This document shows positions 36,076 to 47,172 of a stretch of 47,172 nt of DNA, piece by piece (within the stretch, counting starts at the first letter, position 1; each line of letters begins with the position of its first letter). The position numbers and the translations under genes were made by a program. The DNA is from Chiloscyllium plagiosum (taxonomy: Eukaryota). The notes beneath the pieces are model-generated. The model saw only the letters and a program-made list of their open reading frames with translations. It made no database searches and had not been told where the DNA came from. The stretch is from contig NC_057751.1 of assembly GCF_004010195.1 (NCBI RefSeq), forward strand, positions 8,510,279 to 8,557,450. The letters are read 5' to 3'.

Positions 36076-36745
36076 GGGGTGAGGCGATGGCCGAGTGGTA
36101 TTGTCACTGGACTGTTAATCCAGAGAGTCATGATTAGAGTGGTGCTGGAAAATTCTGGATTAGTGGTGCTGGAAGAGCACAGCAGTTCAGGCAGCATCCA
36201 AGGAGCAGTAAAATTGACGTTTCGGGCAAAAGCCCTTCATCACCCGAAATGTCGATTTTACTGCTCCTCGGATGCTGCCTGAACTGCTGTGCTCTTCCAG
36301 CACCACGAATCCAGAATCTGGTTTCCAGCATCTGCAGTCATTGCTTTTACCCTGGTGCTGGAAAAGCATAGCAGATCAGGCAGCATCCGCGAAGCAGGAA
36401 AATCGACATCCCGGGCAGGAGCCCTTCATTAATCCAGAGATCCAGGTAATGTTCTGAGGACACAGGTTTGAATCCCACCACGGCAAAAAGATGGAATTTG
36501 AATTCAATAAATATCTGGAATTAAGAATCTCTTCATTATTATAAATCCATTGCCAATTGTCAGAAAAAGCTATCTGCTTCACTGACGTCCTTTCGGGAAG
36601 GAAACTGCCACCCTTACCTCGTCTAGCCAACACGTAACTCCAGACCCACAACCAAATGCTTAACTCTCAACTGTCCTCTGGGCAATTAAGGATGGGTAAT
36701 AAATGCTGCCTAACCAGTGACGCCCTCATCCTGTTAAAGAATACA
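36076..36745 (+). mobile_element. tRNA-derived shark SINE, near full length, interrupted
   Basis: A-box TGGCCGAGTGG, B-box GGTTTGAATCCC, tail AATAAATGCTGCCTAACCAGTGACGCCCTCATCC. Confidence 0.85.
36127..36428. mobile_element. Compound (direct/inverted/direct) Penelope-derived insert
   Basis: 12-bp TSD TTAATCCAGAGA at 36115-36126 and 36429-36440. Confidence 0.85.
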
Positions 36746-36784
36746 GAAAAATACCCTCATGTTTCCCATGTCTGTCAGTCCTAC

Positions 36785-37003
36785 CTTGGTTCCAAGATAT
36801 CGATGTTGCTCCAATTATGACAATTCGCGATTTCCAATTTTAACTCATTCCATCGGTAGTGACATCCATTCAACTGTTGCAGGCAAAACTTTGATAGTTC
36901 CCTCCTCAAACTTCCCTCCTCTCTATCTTGCTCTACTCCTTTCAGTTGCCCATTTCTTTGTCCGAGCTTTGTCATTTGACTTGATATCACATTGCTCTGC
37001 TCA
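36785..37003 (-). CDS. Candidate coding exon (phase 2-2, 73 codons), unidentified
   Basis: Acceptor ATAATTTTGCAG, donor AAG|GTAGGA; EQSNVISSQMTKLGQRNGQLKGVEQDREEGSLRRELSKFCLQQLNGCHYRWNELKLEIANCHNWSNIDILEP; other frames closed. Confidence 0.35.
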
Positions 37004-37282
37004 CTGCAAAATTATACTTGATTATGATTCCTGAGAACTGCCTTGGTATGTTGCAATATGTGTGGAATGCAGCTGTGGTATCAGGTGTGTGATTAACATA
37101 TATTTTCATACCATTTCATTTGGGTTTTGTACTTGTGACGTATGGGTTGGTTGTGAACTGAAAGAGTTTAATGATTCACTTCTCAGGATGTCTGTAGCCA
37201 TGTTGATTTCCTTTTTTCAAAAACATTATTACAGAGATATGTCCTGGAGTGTAATGGGGTTTTAGTAACATCAGAAAAGATT

Positions 37283-37625
37283 ACATAGAATCATGGAGTC
37301 ATACAGTCCTACAGCACAGAGACTTGCCCTTTGGACCAACTGATCCATGCTGACTTAAATGTTTATCCGCGCTAACCCCATATTCCTGTACTTGACCCAT
37401 ATCCTTCTAAACCTTAAGAGTAGAGTGGTGCTGGAAAAGTACAGCAGGTCAGGTTTCCTTGTGTTTCTTGATGAAGGGCTTTTGCCCAAAACATTCATTT
37501 TCCTGGTCCCCTCAGATGCTGCCTGACTTGTTGTGCTTTTCCAGCACCAGTCTAATCTTGACTCTGATCTCCAGCATCTGCAGTACCCACTTTCGTCTCC
37601 TTCTAAACCTTTCCTATCCATGAAT
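37283..37625 (-). mobile_element. CR1 3' tail with nested Penelope-derived insert (37416-37597)
   Basis: CATAGAATCATGGAGTCATA tail; 14-bp TSD TCCTTCTAAACCTT at 37402-37415 and 37598-37611. Confidence 0.8.
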
Positions 37626-38317
37626 TTGCCCATTATGAATGAACAGATTGAATAGGTGATATATGAGGCTTTCACATACAAGATTCTAGAAATCTTTTGT
37701 AGGTTTACGACCCAGAACTTGAAAAAAAACATTCAGTTCCAGTCTCAAGGCAGTTTTTCTCAGTCTTTGCTAAAGTTGAACATGTGAAGCAATTGCTCCT
37801 GAGAAAGTGAAACAGCTTCAGGACTGTTTGGCAAGAGATTTCCTCAGCATCAGGGGTTCAGTGTCAAGGTTCCACACCAGGTGTGTTTGTCTGAAATCCT
37901 GAAGGGATTATTTGAAGTTGCAAACTTCTAAGCTCCAGGAAGCTTTATTTCTAAGTACGCAGGCTCCAGGAAGAGGCTATCAAATTCTCAAATGGCAAAT
38001 TGGAAGAAGAGTTAATTAAGCTTTATAGAAGCAAAGCAGAAAAGAATAGTCTCTGGGGTGAGTCACTGATTACTGTTTTTCGGATAATAGGATTGCAGTT
38101 TATTGTGTCTTTTGTAAGCTTTACATCTGTGTTTTATGTAAATAGTTTCATTTTCTCTTCAATTCTTTTATGTAATGAACTTGTGTTTTATTGCTAAACC
38201 CGAATTTTAGCATCACACATCTGTACTTTAGTGAAAACCCACCTCGTTTATAATAAAACAAAATCGACTGCAATCTGAGATTGATAGATTGAGATCTGAC
38301 TTGTCAAGTAATAACAC

Positions 38318-38443
38318 ATGCTAAATTACCCATAGTGTTGGGTGCATTACTCAGAGGGAAGTGGGTTACTCTTTGGAGGGTCGGTGTGGACTTGTTGGGC
38401 TGAAGGGCCTGTTTCTACACTGGAGGGAATCTATTCTAATCTA
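38318..38443 (+). mobile_element. HE1 SINE 3' fragment
   Basis: CATGCTAAATTACCCATAGTG..GGGTCGGTGTGGACTTGTTGGGCTGAAGGGCCTGTTTC. Confidence 0.75.
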
Positions 38444-40458
38444 CTCAACTGGGATCACAACACACTGTCTAATTGCAGGTTGTCATCACTCAGACTAGAT
38501 AAAAGGGTAGGTCTTTGTGACTGCAAATCCCATTCAGGCCAAAACCAGTCGGGATCTCTCTGCAATGAGAGCGAAGTCTCAGTTTTCCAAAAATTAGATT
38601 GTCTCAACCAATTGAGCAGGGTTTACAGTGAAGGTAGTCAAATGGAATTACAAATATTTGGACTAGCTGTGTTCATTCTAATTGAAACAATGTGAGGGTA
38701 GCCAGTCACCACATGAGCAATTAACAGTACATTGCCTGCACAGCCAGTTTTAGGAACTAATGATTAGCAGATTCATTAAAGTTTAATCTTAGACCATCAT
38801 TTGCAGGGTAAAGCAACTGATGTTTTAATTTTAATCAGAAAGTACTGTTTTTAAATCTTTTCCATAAGGCATTAAGTTAATTGGTTGGCATAATTAGCCA
38901 CCCATCAAATATGGTGGCCGTGATTCTTCATTTCATTGACAATTAATCAGTCAAGAAATTATCATGTGAAATTGGCACCTCACAGACAGCAGCTGTATGT
39001 CATTCTGTTGGTAAAGTGCAGAGAGTTAACTGTCTCTGAAGTTTGACCCACCAGAAGGAGAAACAATCCATCTTTTTAATGATACTCATTTCACGGTATC
39101 CTTCTCTTATTCAGCATCTTCCGAGGAGAGGACAAGACCTCAAAGGCATCAAGAACAAATTTCATCAGAATTTTGCCACTTCTTGGCACAAGGCAGCTCC
39201 AACAAACAGGGAAACTATATATTTCTCCCCCAAACAGCTGGCAATAAAGCTCATGGTGATCCCCAAGTATAGGCGAACATGCTCGGAGAGCTTCACAACT
39301 CCAAGGGGATGACTTGGGTCTGCTCTAGACTCTATGGAATTCCTTGGGGCTGTATGAGAATGGAATTTATTTTAAATGTCTGCCTGACTGTGCAGAAATA
39401 ATGGACAAAGGAATTTCCGACAACTGCATTAATCATTAGCATGCCAGACACTGCAGAGGATGTTCATCTTCACCCGAACTGTAAAACATTTTTCTGCAGC
39501 CATATCTTGAACACTCTATTTTCCAAATGACTGGTACCCAGGTTAAGGATGAACCAAACGCAGGTGCCCCATTTCCAGTACATCAGAGAAGCACAGAACT
39601 TCACACATCCTCAGTGTGGAGTGCAAATACAGCTTGATCATGAACAAGCAACTTAATTTGGATGTCTACTTGTGTGGACAATCAATTGAAACTTCAATTG
39701 GTCTTAAGTCTGTGTCAGGCAAGCAGGACACTGGGATCCTCGAATCCTGTTCAAATATACCTTTGCTGATATATATTTTAACTGCATTCATCCTTGGCTC
39801 CACACCTATTAATATCCTTAACCACTGATAATTTATCATCTCAAATTTAAAACAATGAATTCAGATCATGCCTACAGTTATTGTTGAGAGTGTTTCAATT
39901 ATCTCCCACGTTTTGCCTGACAAGGTGCTTCCTGGGTGATCTGGCCCTGATTTTAGTTCACATCTCTCTTGAGAATCTCTCCCACCAGCAGAAATAATTT
40001 CTCCCTATTTGCACTATCATTGCCTCTAAAAATCCATGAATTCCTCAATCAAGTGTGACCCCTTAACCTCCAATATTCCAGGGTCATTTAGCAATGTGAA
40101 AGATCTTGCGACACACAGTGGAGTGCTCCTGTTGCTCTGCTAAAATTCTGGGTTTCAGTCCCAGCCCAGGAACTGGTAGCCAAGGAAGGCACCAAATCAG
40201 TTTCCCAATCAACCTGAGATTCTTTCTGACGCACACAAGTGGCAACTGCTCTCGGTGGGAGGGATTAGCTCATCAGCTACATGAGGCAGAGAACATTGGA
40301 GCCTCTTATCAGTATTGAGAACTCCAGATTACAACATACACATAACAACAAGGACTCCTTGTGTGAAATGTGACACCACTTCCATTTGCCAACAGCACCC
40401 TCAAGCCCAGATGTTCAGTGAAGAGGAGAGAAAAGTAACAGGCAATTATTTTCCAACA

Positions 40459-41310
40459 TTACATAGATACATTGAGTGGGCAAAGGTCTGGCAGATAGAA
40501 TACAATGTTAGTAAACATGAAGTCAAACATTTTGGTAGGAGTAACAGCAAAATAGATTATTACCTGAATGGTAAAAGTTGCGGCACACTGATTTGCAGAG
40601 GGACCTGGGTGTCCTTGTGCATGAATTGCAGAAGGTTGGTCTGCAGATACAACAAGTAATAAGGAAGGCAAATGGAATTTTGTCCTTCATTGTTAAAGGG
40701 GTTGATTTTAAAAGCAGAGAGATAATGTACAGCTGTACAAGGTGCTGGTGAGGCCATACCTGGAGTACTGTGTGTAGATTTGGTCTCCTTACTTAAGAAA
40801 GGATGTACTGGTACTGGACAGGGTGCAGAGGAGATTCACTAGGTTGATTCCGGAGTTGACGGGGTTGGTTTATGAGGGGAGACAGAGTAGATTGGGATTA
40901 TATTCACTGGAATTCAGAAGAATGAGGCAGTGATCTTATAGAAACATCTAAAATTATGAACGGAATAGATAAAATAGAAATAGATAAGATGTTTCCACTG
41001 GTAGGTGAGACTAGGACAAGAGGGCATGGCCTCAAGATTAGAGGGAGCAGGTTAAGAACTGAACTGAGAAGGAACTTCTTCGCCCAGAGGGTTGTTAATC
41101 CATGGAATTCCTTGCCCAGGGAAGTAGCTGACGTTATTTTAAAGCTAAGGGTAGATACTTGTTTTGAAAAATAAAGGAATTAAGGGATATTATGAAAACG
41201 CGGGTAAATGGAGCTGAGTCGACAAAAAGATTAGCCATGATCTTATTGAGTGGTGGAGCAGGTTCGAAGGGCTAGGTGACCTTCTCCTGCTCCTGGTTCT
41301 TATGTTCTTA
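40459..41310 (+). mobile_element. CR1 LINE 3' fragment
   Basis: EWAKVWQIEYNVSK..HFGRSN..YYLNG..QRDLGVLVH; TRTRGHGLKIRG..RRNFFAQRVVNPWNSLP; (GTTCTTAT)n tail. Confidence 0.9.
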
Positions 41311-41469
41311 TTACAAGTTATATCTTGGAGTTAATCGTGCCTGAGGTATGTATCAGAGAGTTGTGTGCAAAATAAATTCCAATGAATACTTTTGGAAAGC
41401 ATAAATGAGAGATTAACCTTAAAGCTACTAGTTTTGGAACATATGTCAACCATTGTACATCAGCTCACT

Positions 41470-41810
41470 CTCAATGCTGGATCATGACATATGCCATTGC
41501 AAACCAGAAGTTCATGAGTTCAAGTCAAACTCATGGAACCTGAGATCAGAAGTCTGTTTTAAACTCTGCAGAAACATTAAACATTAAGCGATTGCTGGAT
41601 TGTTTGAGGGAGCAATTTTCAGACACTGCAGATGCCCCCTCAGGAGTAAATAAAGATCCCTGCACAAGTATTTGAAGAGGAAGAGAATTCTCCCACTGTC
41701 CTGGTGACCATTCCACCCTCCTCCAATAACAGATCATTTGGTTCGTTTATCCCAATGTTCTTTGCAGGACTTGGCTGTCACTAGACTGGCTGTCACATGT
41801 ACCTACATTT
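41470..41810 (+). mobile_element. Degenerate DeuSINE
   Basis: TAAAGATCCC..TTTGAAGAGGAAGAGAATTCTCCC..GTCCTGG..TGGCTG..CCTACATT. Confidence 0.6.
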
Positions 41811-41817
41811 TAAGGGC

Positions 41818-42160
41818 TAAGAACCAGGAGCAGGAATAGCCAACTCATGGCTGGTCTCATTTCAGCCTCACCTCCACTTTCCAACCCACTCTTCATCAGC
41901 CTTTCACTAATTACTCATTAAAAATCTTTCTATTTCCTGTTTAAACATTTCCAGTATCCAGGCATGTGCGGTAGTGAATTCCACAGATTCACACATCTTT
42001 GGGAACTAATTCCTCCTCATCTCTGTTTTAAATCTGCCAACCCTTACCCTAATATTGTGACATCTCATTCTATAATGGTCTACCTAAGGGGACATCCTGT
42101 CTATGTGTACTTTATTAATACTCTTCAGCATCTTCTATATCTCAATTAGATCTCCTGCCA
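41818..42160 (-). mobile_element. CR1 3' end
   Basis: TAAGAACCAGGAGCAGGAATAG tail; GAATTCCACAGATTCAC. Confidence 0.7.
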
Positions 42161-42194
42161 TCCTGAACTGCTATAATTCTTCTCAACCATAATA

Positions 42195-42547
42195 TCCATA
42201 GAATCCCTAAATAGAATCATAGAATCCCTACAATGTGGAAGCAGACTCTTCAGCCCATCGACTCCACACTGACCCTCTGAAGAGTAACCCGCTCAGACCC
42301 CACCCTGTAACTCTGCATTTTCTATGGCTAATCCTCCTAGCCTGCACACTACGGGCAATTTAGCATGTCCAATCCACCTCACCTGCATATCTTTGGACTG
42401 TGGGAGAAAACTGGAGCACCTGGAAGAAATCCATGCAGACACAGGAAGAACATACAAACTCTACACAGTCACCCGTGAGTGGAATCGAACGCGGATCGCT
42501 GGCGCTGTCAGACAGCAGTGCTGACCACTTAGCCACCATGCTGCCCC
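42195..42547 (-). mobile_element. HE1/V-SINE
   Basis: Collinear with 28746-29024; (CATAGAAT)n tail. Confidence 0.85.
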
Positions 42548-42565
42548 AGAACACATAAACTGTCA

Positions 42566-42637
42566 TTGCCTGACTGGGAATTGAACTCAGGCTGTGGCGG
42601 TGAGAACGCAGAGTACCAACCACTAGACCAGCAGGGA
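42566..42637 (-). pseudogene. tRNA-Glu(CTC) pseudogene
   Basis: 72-nt minus strand TCCCTGCTGGTCTAGTGGTTGGTACTCTGCGTTCTCACCGCCACAGCCTGAGTTCAATTCCCAGTCAGGCAA follows the tRNA-Glu-CTC layout with many substitutions. Confidence 0.8.
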
Positions 42638-43504
42638 AGATGGTTTCAATAGACAAGCTTTTCATCTCTGGAATTTATCAAATGAATGCTCTCTGTCCTG
42701 ACTGCAATGCATTTCCATCCTTCCCCAATTAACACGGTCAAAACTGCATGCAATTGAGTGACCATACTTCACTGAGGAAGTGGGTGTCTGAAGAATGGTC
42801 ATTTGGGTTGGAGCCCAGTTGGTAGACTGCAGCTAAACAAGGTCCTGTAGAATTGCAACATCAGTAAAGATCGGGTGGGAAAAAGCGACTCAGTTTAGTT
42901 CAAACATGCACTCACTGCCCTGGCATTGTTTGCTGCAGAGAAAAAAAACATTTACTTTGGTTTATTTAACAAGATTTTCAGTTGCAATACCGACCACCGC
43001 AGTGGCATTTGATGCTCATGGGAACAGCATGAAACATATGAGCAGTATCTAAATTGGGTAATCTGCTTGAACAGAAACTGAATCCAGAACATTTCAATAA
43101 AAATCAAGCCACTTCCATTTGTCTCTTTTATTTCCTTATTTTCATTGCCATAGTTACTCTGTCTTCATTTCAACTGAGTGTTTCCCAAGACCCACTTTTA
43201 CAGCCATTTACATCTCTCAGTTACTACCACTTCAATTGAATGCAACTTGCACAGTGTCTCTGATAGACATCATCTCCCAGGGCCTGAGAACCTTCCATCA
43301 GTTCTATTATTTCTAACCAAGTAGCATCCATACAATTCTAATATGAAAGATCCAGAATATCCACCCAAGGTTCCCAGCTCTCCTCGTTATCCTTCTCAAT
43401 GCTTCCCAACCTTGATCCCTGTGAACTCGAGTCTTGAAGCTTAGATTTTTTCAACCAAAAGAAAGGAATGCCTTGCCATGCAAAATGACACAAAGAAATT
43501 CTAG

Positions 43505-43558
43505 AGGGTGGGGTGGGGGTGGGGGAGGCGGTGTGGTGTGGTGATGGTGGTGGTGGTT
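43505..43558 (+). repeat. G-rich simple repeat (GGGT / GGT)
   Basis: GGGTGGGGTGGGGGTGGGGGAGG..(TGG)n. Confidence 0.8.
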
Positions 43559-44044
43559 AAATGTCAAAGTTCCATAAATACAACAGACACACAATTCAGA
43601 AGGTTCAGAACAACAAGCTGACCCAGTCATTGACACAACAGCCAGAGGAAAATCGGTGATCCAGGAGAGTGCTGTTCCATTGACGAGAATAAAATTAATA
43701 CAGACAAAAGGCAAGACGAGGTTTTCATATTGAACTGGGGTTTCAAAACTTGGAAAATGATATCAGCCAAAGTTATACAGTATGGTGGGAGCAGGTCCGA
43801 GGGGCCAAATGGCCTACTCCCGTTCCTATTTTCTACGTTTCTGAAGAGGGAAACGGCGTGTTGAAGAGTTTTGAACATATAGACCCTCAGGGGATGTGAC
43901 GCTGGGGCGTTGCAGCACAAGGAGAGGGGGAATGGCGGGGGCACAGGAGTCAGATGTAACTTATTTTTACAGAAGGAATGTAAAGTGAAAATAATGGCAT
44001 GTGATCCATAAATGTGGTTCATGACGTAAACCAACAACAATCTT

Positions 44045-44338
44045 CAGAACATTACAAATGGGAGCAGGAATAAGTCATCTGGCCCCTTCAGCCTGCTCCA
44101 CTATTCAATAAGATCATGGCTAATCTTTTTTATGGACTCAGTCCCACTTACCCACTAATCATAACCCTTAATCCTTACATATCTATCTTTGTCTTAAAAA
44201 CATTCAACGAGGTAGTCTCAACTGCTTCACTGGGCAAGGAACTCCATAGGTTCACAACCCTTTGAGAGAAATAGTTCCTCCTCCATTCAGTCGAACATCT
44301 GCCTCCCCTCATTTTGAGGCTATGCCCCCTCGTTCCAG
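44045..44338 (-). mobile_element. CR1 3' end
   Basis: Minus ORF GTRGHSLKMRGGR..RRNYFSQRVVNLWSSLPSEAVE. Confidence 0.85.
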
Positions 44339-44384
44339 TAAACATTACAAGAAATACAATAAAGAGTATATAATGTAAATCCAT

Positions 44385-44570
44385 TTAATTCTTGGGATGT
44401 GGACATGACTGGCTCAGCAAGCTTGTACTGTCCATCGCTAATTGCCCCTGGAACCATGTGGCTTGTTGGGCCATTTCAAAGAGCAATAAAGAGTCAAGCA
44501 CATTGGTCTGGCTCTGAAGTAACATATCAGCCAAACCAGGTGAAGATGGGAGACCTGCTTCCTTGAAGAA
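44385..44570 (-). mobile_element. tRNA-SINE 3' half (family of 36076-36745)
   Basis: GGGATGTGGAC..CTAATTGCCC..AAGAGTCAAGCACATTG..CCAGGTGAAGATGG. Confidence 0.6.
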
Positions 44571-46622
44571 GTGATGATGTGCCCCTCTGAGCCATTTCAT
44601 GTATTCTCCACAATGTGCAGAACCGTCCTCATAAACTTGGTCCACCATGTGCTTCTCATGTGAGGCTGTCTTCAGACATGACAAATGCTTAACTTGCTTT
44701 CTTCCCTTTTATTTGTTCATTCACAGAATTTGGACATCGCTGCTAAAGACAACTTTTGTCGATCTGCCCTGATTGCATGGAGGAAATGGTGGTGGGCTGC
44801 TTTCTTGAATTGGTGCAGTGCTGTTGGGGAGGGAGAGCCAAGACTTGGACCCAGCAGTGAAGAAGTCAAGGCAACATCATTCCACATCAGTCCTTCTTGC
44901 GTTACTTTAGTTCATCTGTTTTTCTCATTCAAGGCAAAGTAACAAACCAATTTCCTGCTCTTTTTCATGATGTTTTTGAGCCCCACATCAGCTCAAAAAC
45001 TGCTAAGCTCCACAAAAGATTTGTGTGGACATGTCCATTCATGTCTTCAGAACCTTCATTCAATGAAATCTGTCATCTAAATTTTAACAGGCTTATTTCA
45101 AAGCAGCAATCACCTTAGCTTTCAGTGTTGCTCTAAGTAAGTCTGCATGCATCTTTTATCACTTCATAAGAAAAATGACTTCAATTTCCATCGCTTCTTT
45201 GATGACCTCAGGATGTCCCAGAGTGCCTTAAACCCAATTCAAACCTTTTTAAAAGGAGTATGCACTGATGCAGGAAAAGCAGGGGGAATTTACACACGGC
45301 AAGATCACATAAACAGAATTGCAATCATGGCCAGATTGTCATGGAGTATTATATTATTTTTGGGAAGAAATACTGAGTCTAAAGTGGATCTTAATGAAGC
45401 TTCGGTTTTCAGTTCTGTGAAGATGCCTTGCTCTTTACAAAGGGTTTGAAGTTCATGCTTTTAAGCAGTGGGTCAAAATAATATTTCCAAGAAATCATGT
45501 TGACAAGACAATCTCCTTACTGAGTTCATAGCTGAAGTGATAACAAAGTTGATATTTCACAACTAACAGAAAGAGATGCAGGAGGAGTTTGAGTTCCGAA
45601 GAAAAGATCCATACTGACAGTTCAGTTTTGGCAGTCTCCAGGGCAGAAGAGCTGGAAAGAAGTTAAAGCTGTTTTAACAGTCTACGTTCACAGGCTGGAA
45701 AAAGCCCTGAGTTTTTTCCTCAGCATTCAGTAAGTTACTTCATATAAAACAGTAATATTGAGAAGTACACTTAATGAGGATGCAGAAATTCTCCAAACGC
45801 AAACACTTTTGAACTCTTCATTGCGTAACAAATTAAAGGGTGAAGATAGGACTTATAGTTCACTTAGGTCGAGTGTCCATTAGAAATACTTCTGGAAAAA
45901 AGCATTTTCTTTTTCTTTGCTGCTTCCAACAAGATCTTGCCAAATTATTGTCTACAATTTTTTTCTCTCTTTTGGGTGTAATGAAAAGGGATGTTCTTTT
46001 GCTGAAGGTACAGTGGCAGCCTGTTGTTAACAGACTCAGTGCCTGACCGCTGTTGGAAACAAACTGCAAAAGTAAAACTTTTGATATACCAAGCCAATTT
46101 TCACTTTGGGATCTGACCAATCCGGCATGATCATCAACCAGGATCATAACAACAATGTAGAGTCATGGAGATATACAGCACGGTAATGACAGATAAATGG
46201 TTCGGACACCAGAAATAGCTCCAATAATGTTTCACAAATCATCACTGAATTCCACTCTGAGCCCTGAACATACATGTCACTAAGGAAATGATCAGAACTG
46301 GTTGGAACAAGACAATTTCTGGATCAGGCAAGCTGTCAGGAAAGATCTTATGGGGTTTCCACTCGCAGAAAGGTGTAGCTGCAGTATGACAAATGGACAC
46401 AGATTAGTCAAATGTTTTTCACAGCCATAGCATTCAATTCCCCTTACAGGTACTCCATTTCCATCCCAGATATTCCAATCCTCTCTAAGGTAAATGCCTA
46501 ACTTTGGACCAAGCTCTTTGGAATTTTCCAGATTACCCACAACATCTTCTGTACCATTGCCAGTCTCCAGTTGCGCCTCTTCCCAACTGCTGCCTTCTTT
46601 CTGTTTCCTCCACATTCAACAA

Positions 46623-47172
46623 TTACTACATCCTCAGGAGAATTCATACTCTCAACAAACAGTATTTCAACTCCATCTCAAACATCAAAAACTGTAAGTA
46701 CAACAAACTTTTATCTACCCACCTCCATAACCAGCGCTCTTCAAACATTCCAGAAGATTCCCCCGGCCTCTGGAACTATTTGGATGCCATTAGCCATGCG
46801 GCTGGTGCAGCTGCCACCCCCACGCTGATTGATGATGTCACGTCCACCCCCATTATGGCCACTCCCACAACCACTTCTGCCCCTCACAATTCCTCATGCA
46901 TCACACGTGACATCATTTCCGCCCCTCACATCATCGCTGATGTCACACGCTCAGTGACGACCACCACCCTGACTGCCGCATCATGGCCACTCCCACAACC
47001 ACCTCCACCCCTCACAATTCCTCATGCACCACACGTGACATCACTTCCGCCCCTCACATCATCACTGATGTCACACACTCAGTGACTTCCACCCCCCCCC
47101 ACTGCCGTGTTTGCCACCACTTCAACTCCCACCAACGCCACTCACCTGCATTCTGCTGACACGCCCCCCACA
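46623..47172 (+). mobile_element. Probable Penelope-like element ORF N-terminal region, running off the window end
   Basis: YYILRRIHTLNKQYFNSISNIKNCKYNKLLSTHLHNQRSS followed by T/P/S-rich repeats; abrupt C-rich shift. The assignment is recalled, not searched. Confidence 0.5.
46855..47110 (+). repeat. 128-bp tandem duplication
   Basis: ATGGCCACTCCCACAACCAC..CCCTCACAATTCCTCATGCA begins at 46855 and 46983. Confidence 0.85.

Noticed and set aside
34123..42637. Functional tRNA genes (Ile-AAT and Glu-CTC)
   Set aside because: Stem mismatches and CpG-type decay; called as pseudogenes.
43340..46065. Possible further minus-strand exons (about 45863-46063 and 43400-43500)
   Set aside because: Weak donors and unrecognisable peptides; not distinguishable from chance.

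Overview
Eukaryotic, repeat-dense vertebrate DNA. The repeat families (HE1/V-type SINEs, DeuSINE/SacSINE1-like SINEs, CR1/L2 LINEs, short Penelope-derived hammerhead elements) point to a cartilaginous fish, probably a carpet/bamboo shark. This is an inference from recalled consensus sequences, not a database search. No intact long gene, rRNA or CRISPR array is visible, and most listed ORFs are chance frames or retroelement debris. The most striking structure is at 7613-9527: a solo LTR hit at its TATA-like site first by a short Penelope-derived insert (15-bp TSD) and then by three 5'-truncated Tx1-clade LINE copies, each bounded by the same 13-bp GAAACAGGATTTT. One copy carries a 3' transduction of the downstream part of a different copy of that LTR. 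Together this suggests a sequence-specific Tx1 retrotransposon that targets an LTR family. Also present: many hammerhead-ribozyme-bearing Penelope-like mini-elements with TSDs, a Penelope GIY-YIG fragment, several solo LTRs, two tRNA pseudogenes, and a low-confidence chain of minus-strand candidate exons of an unidentified gene. Repeat boundaries are approximate unless defined by TSDs.
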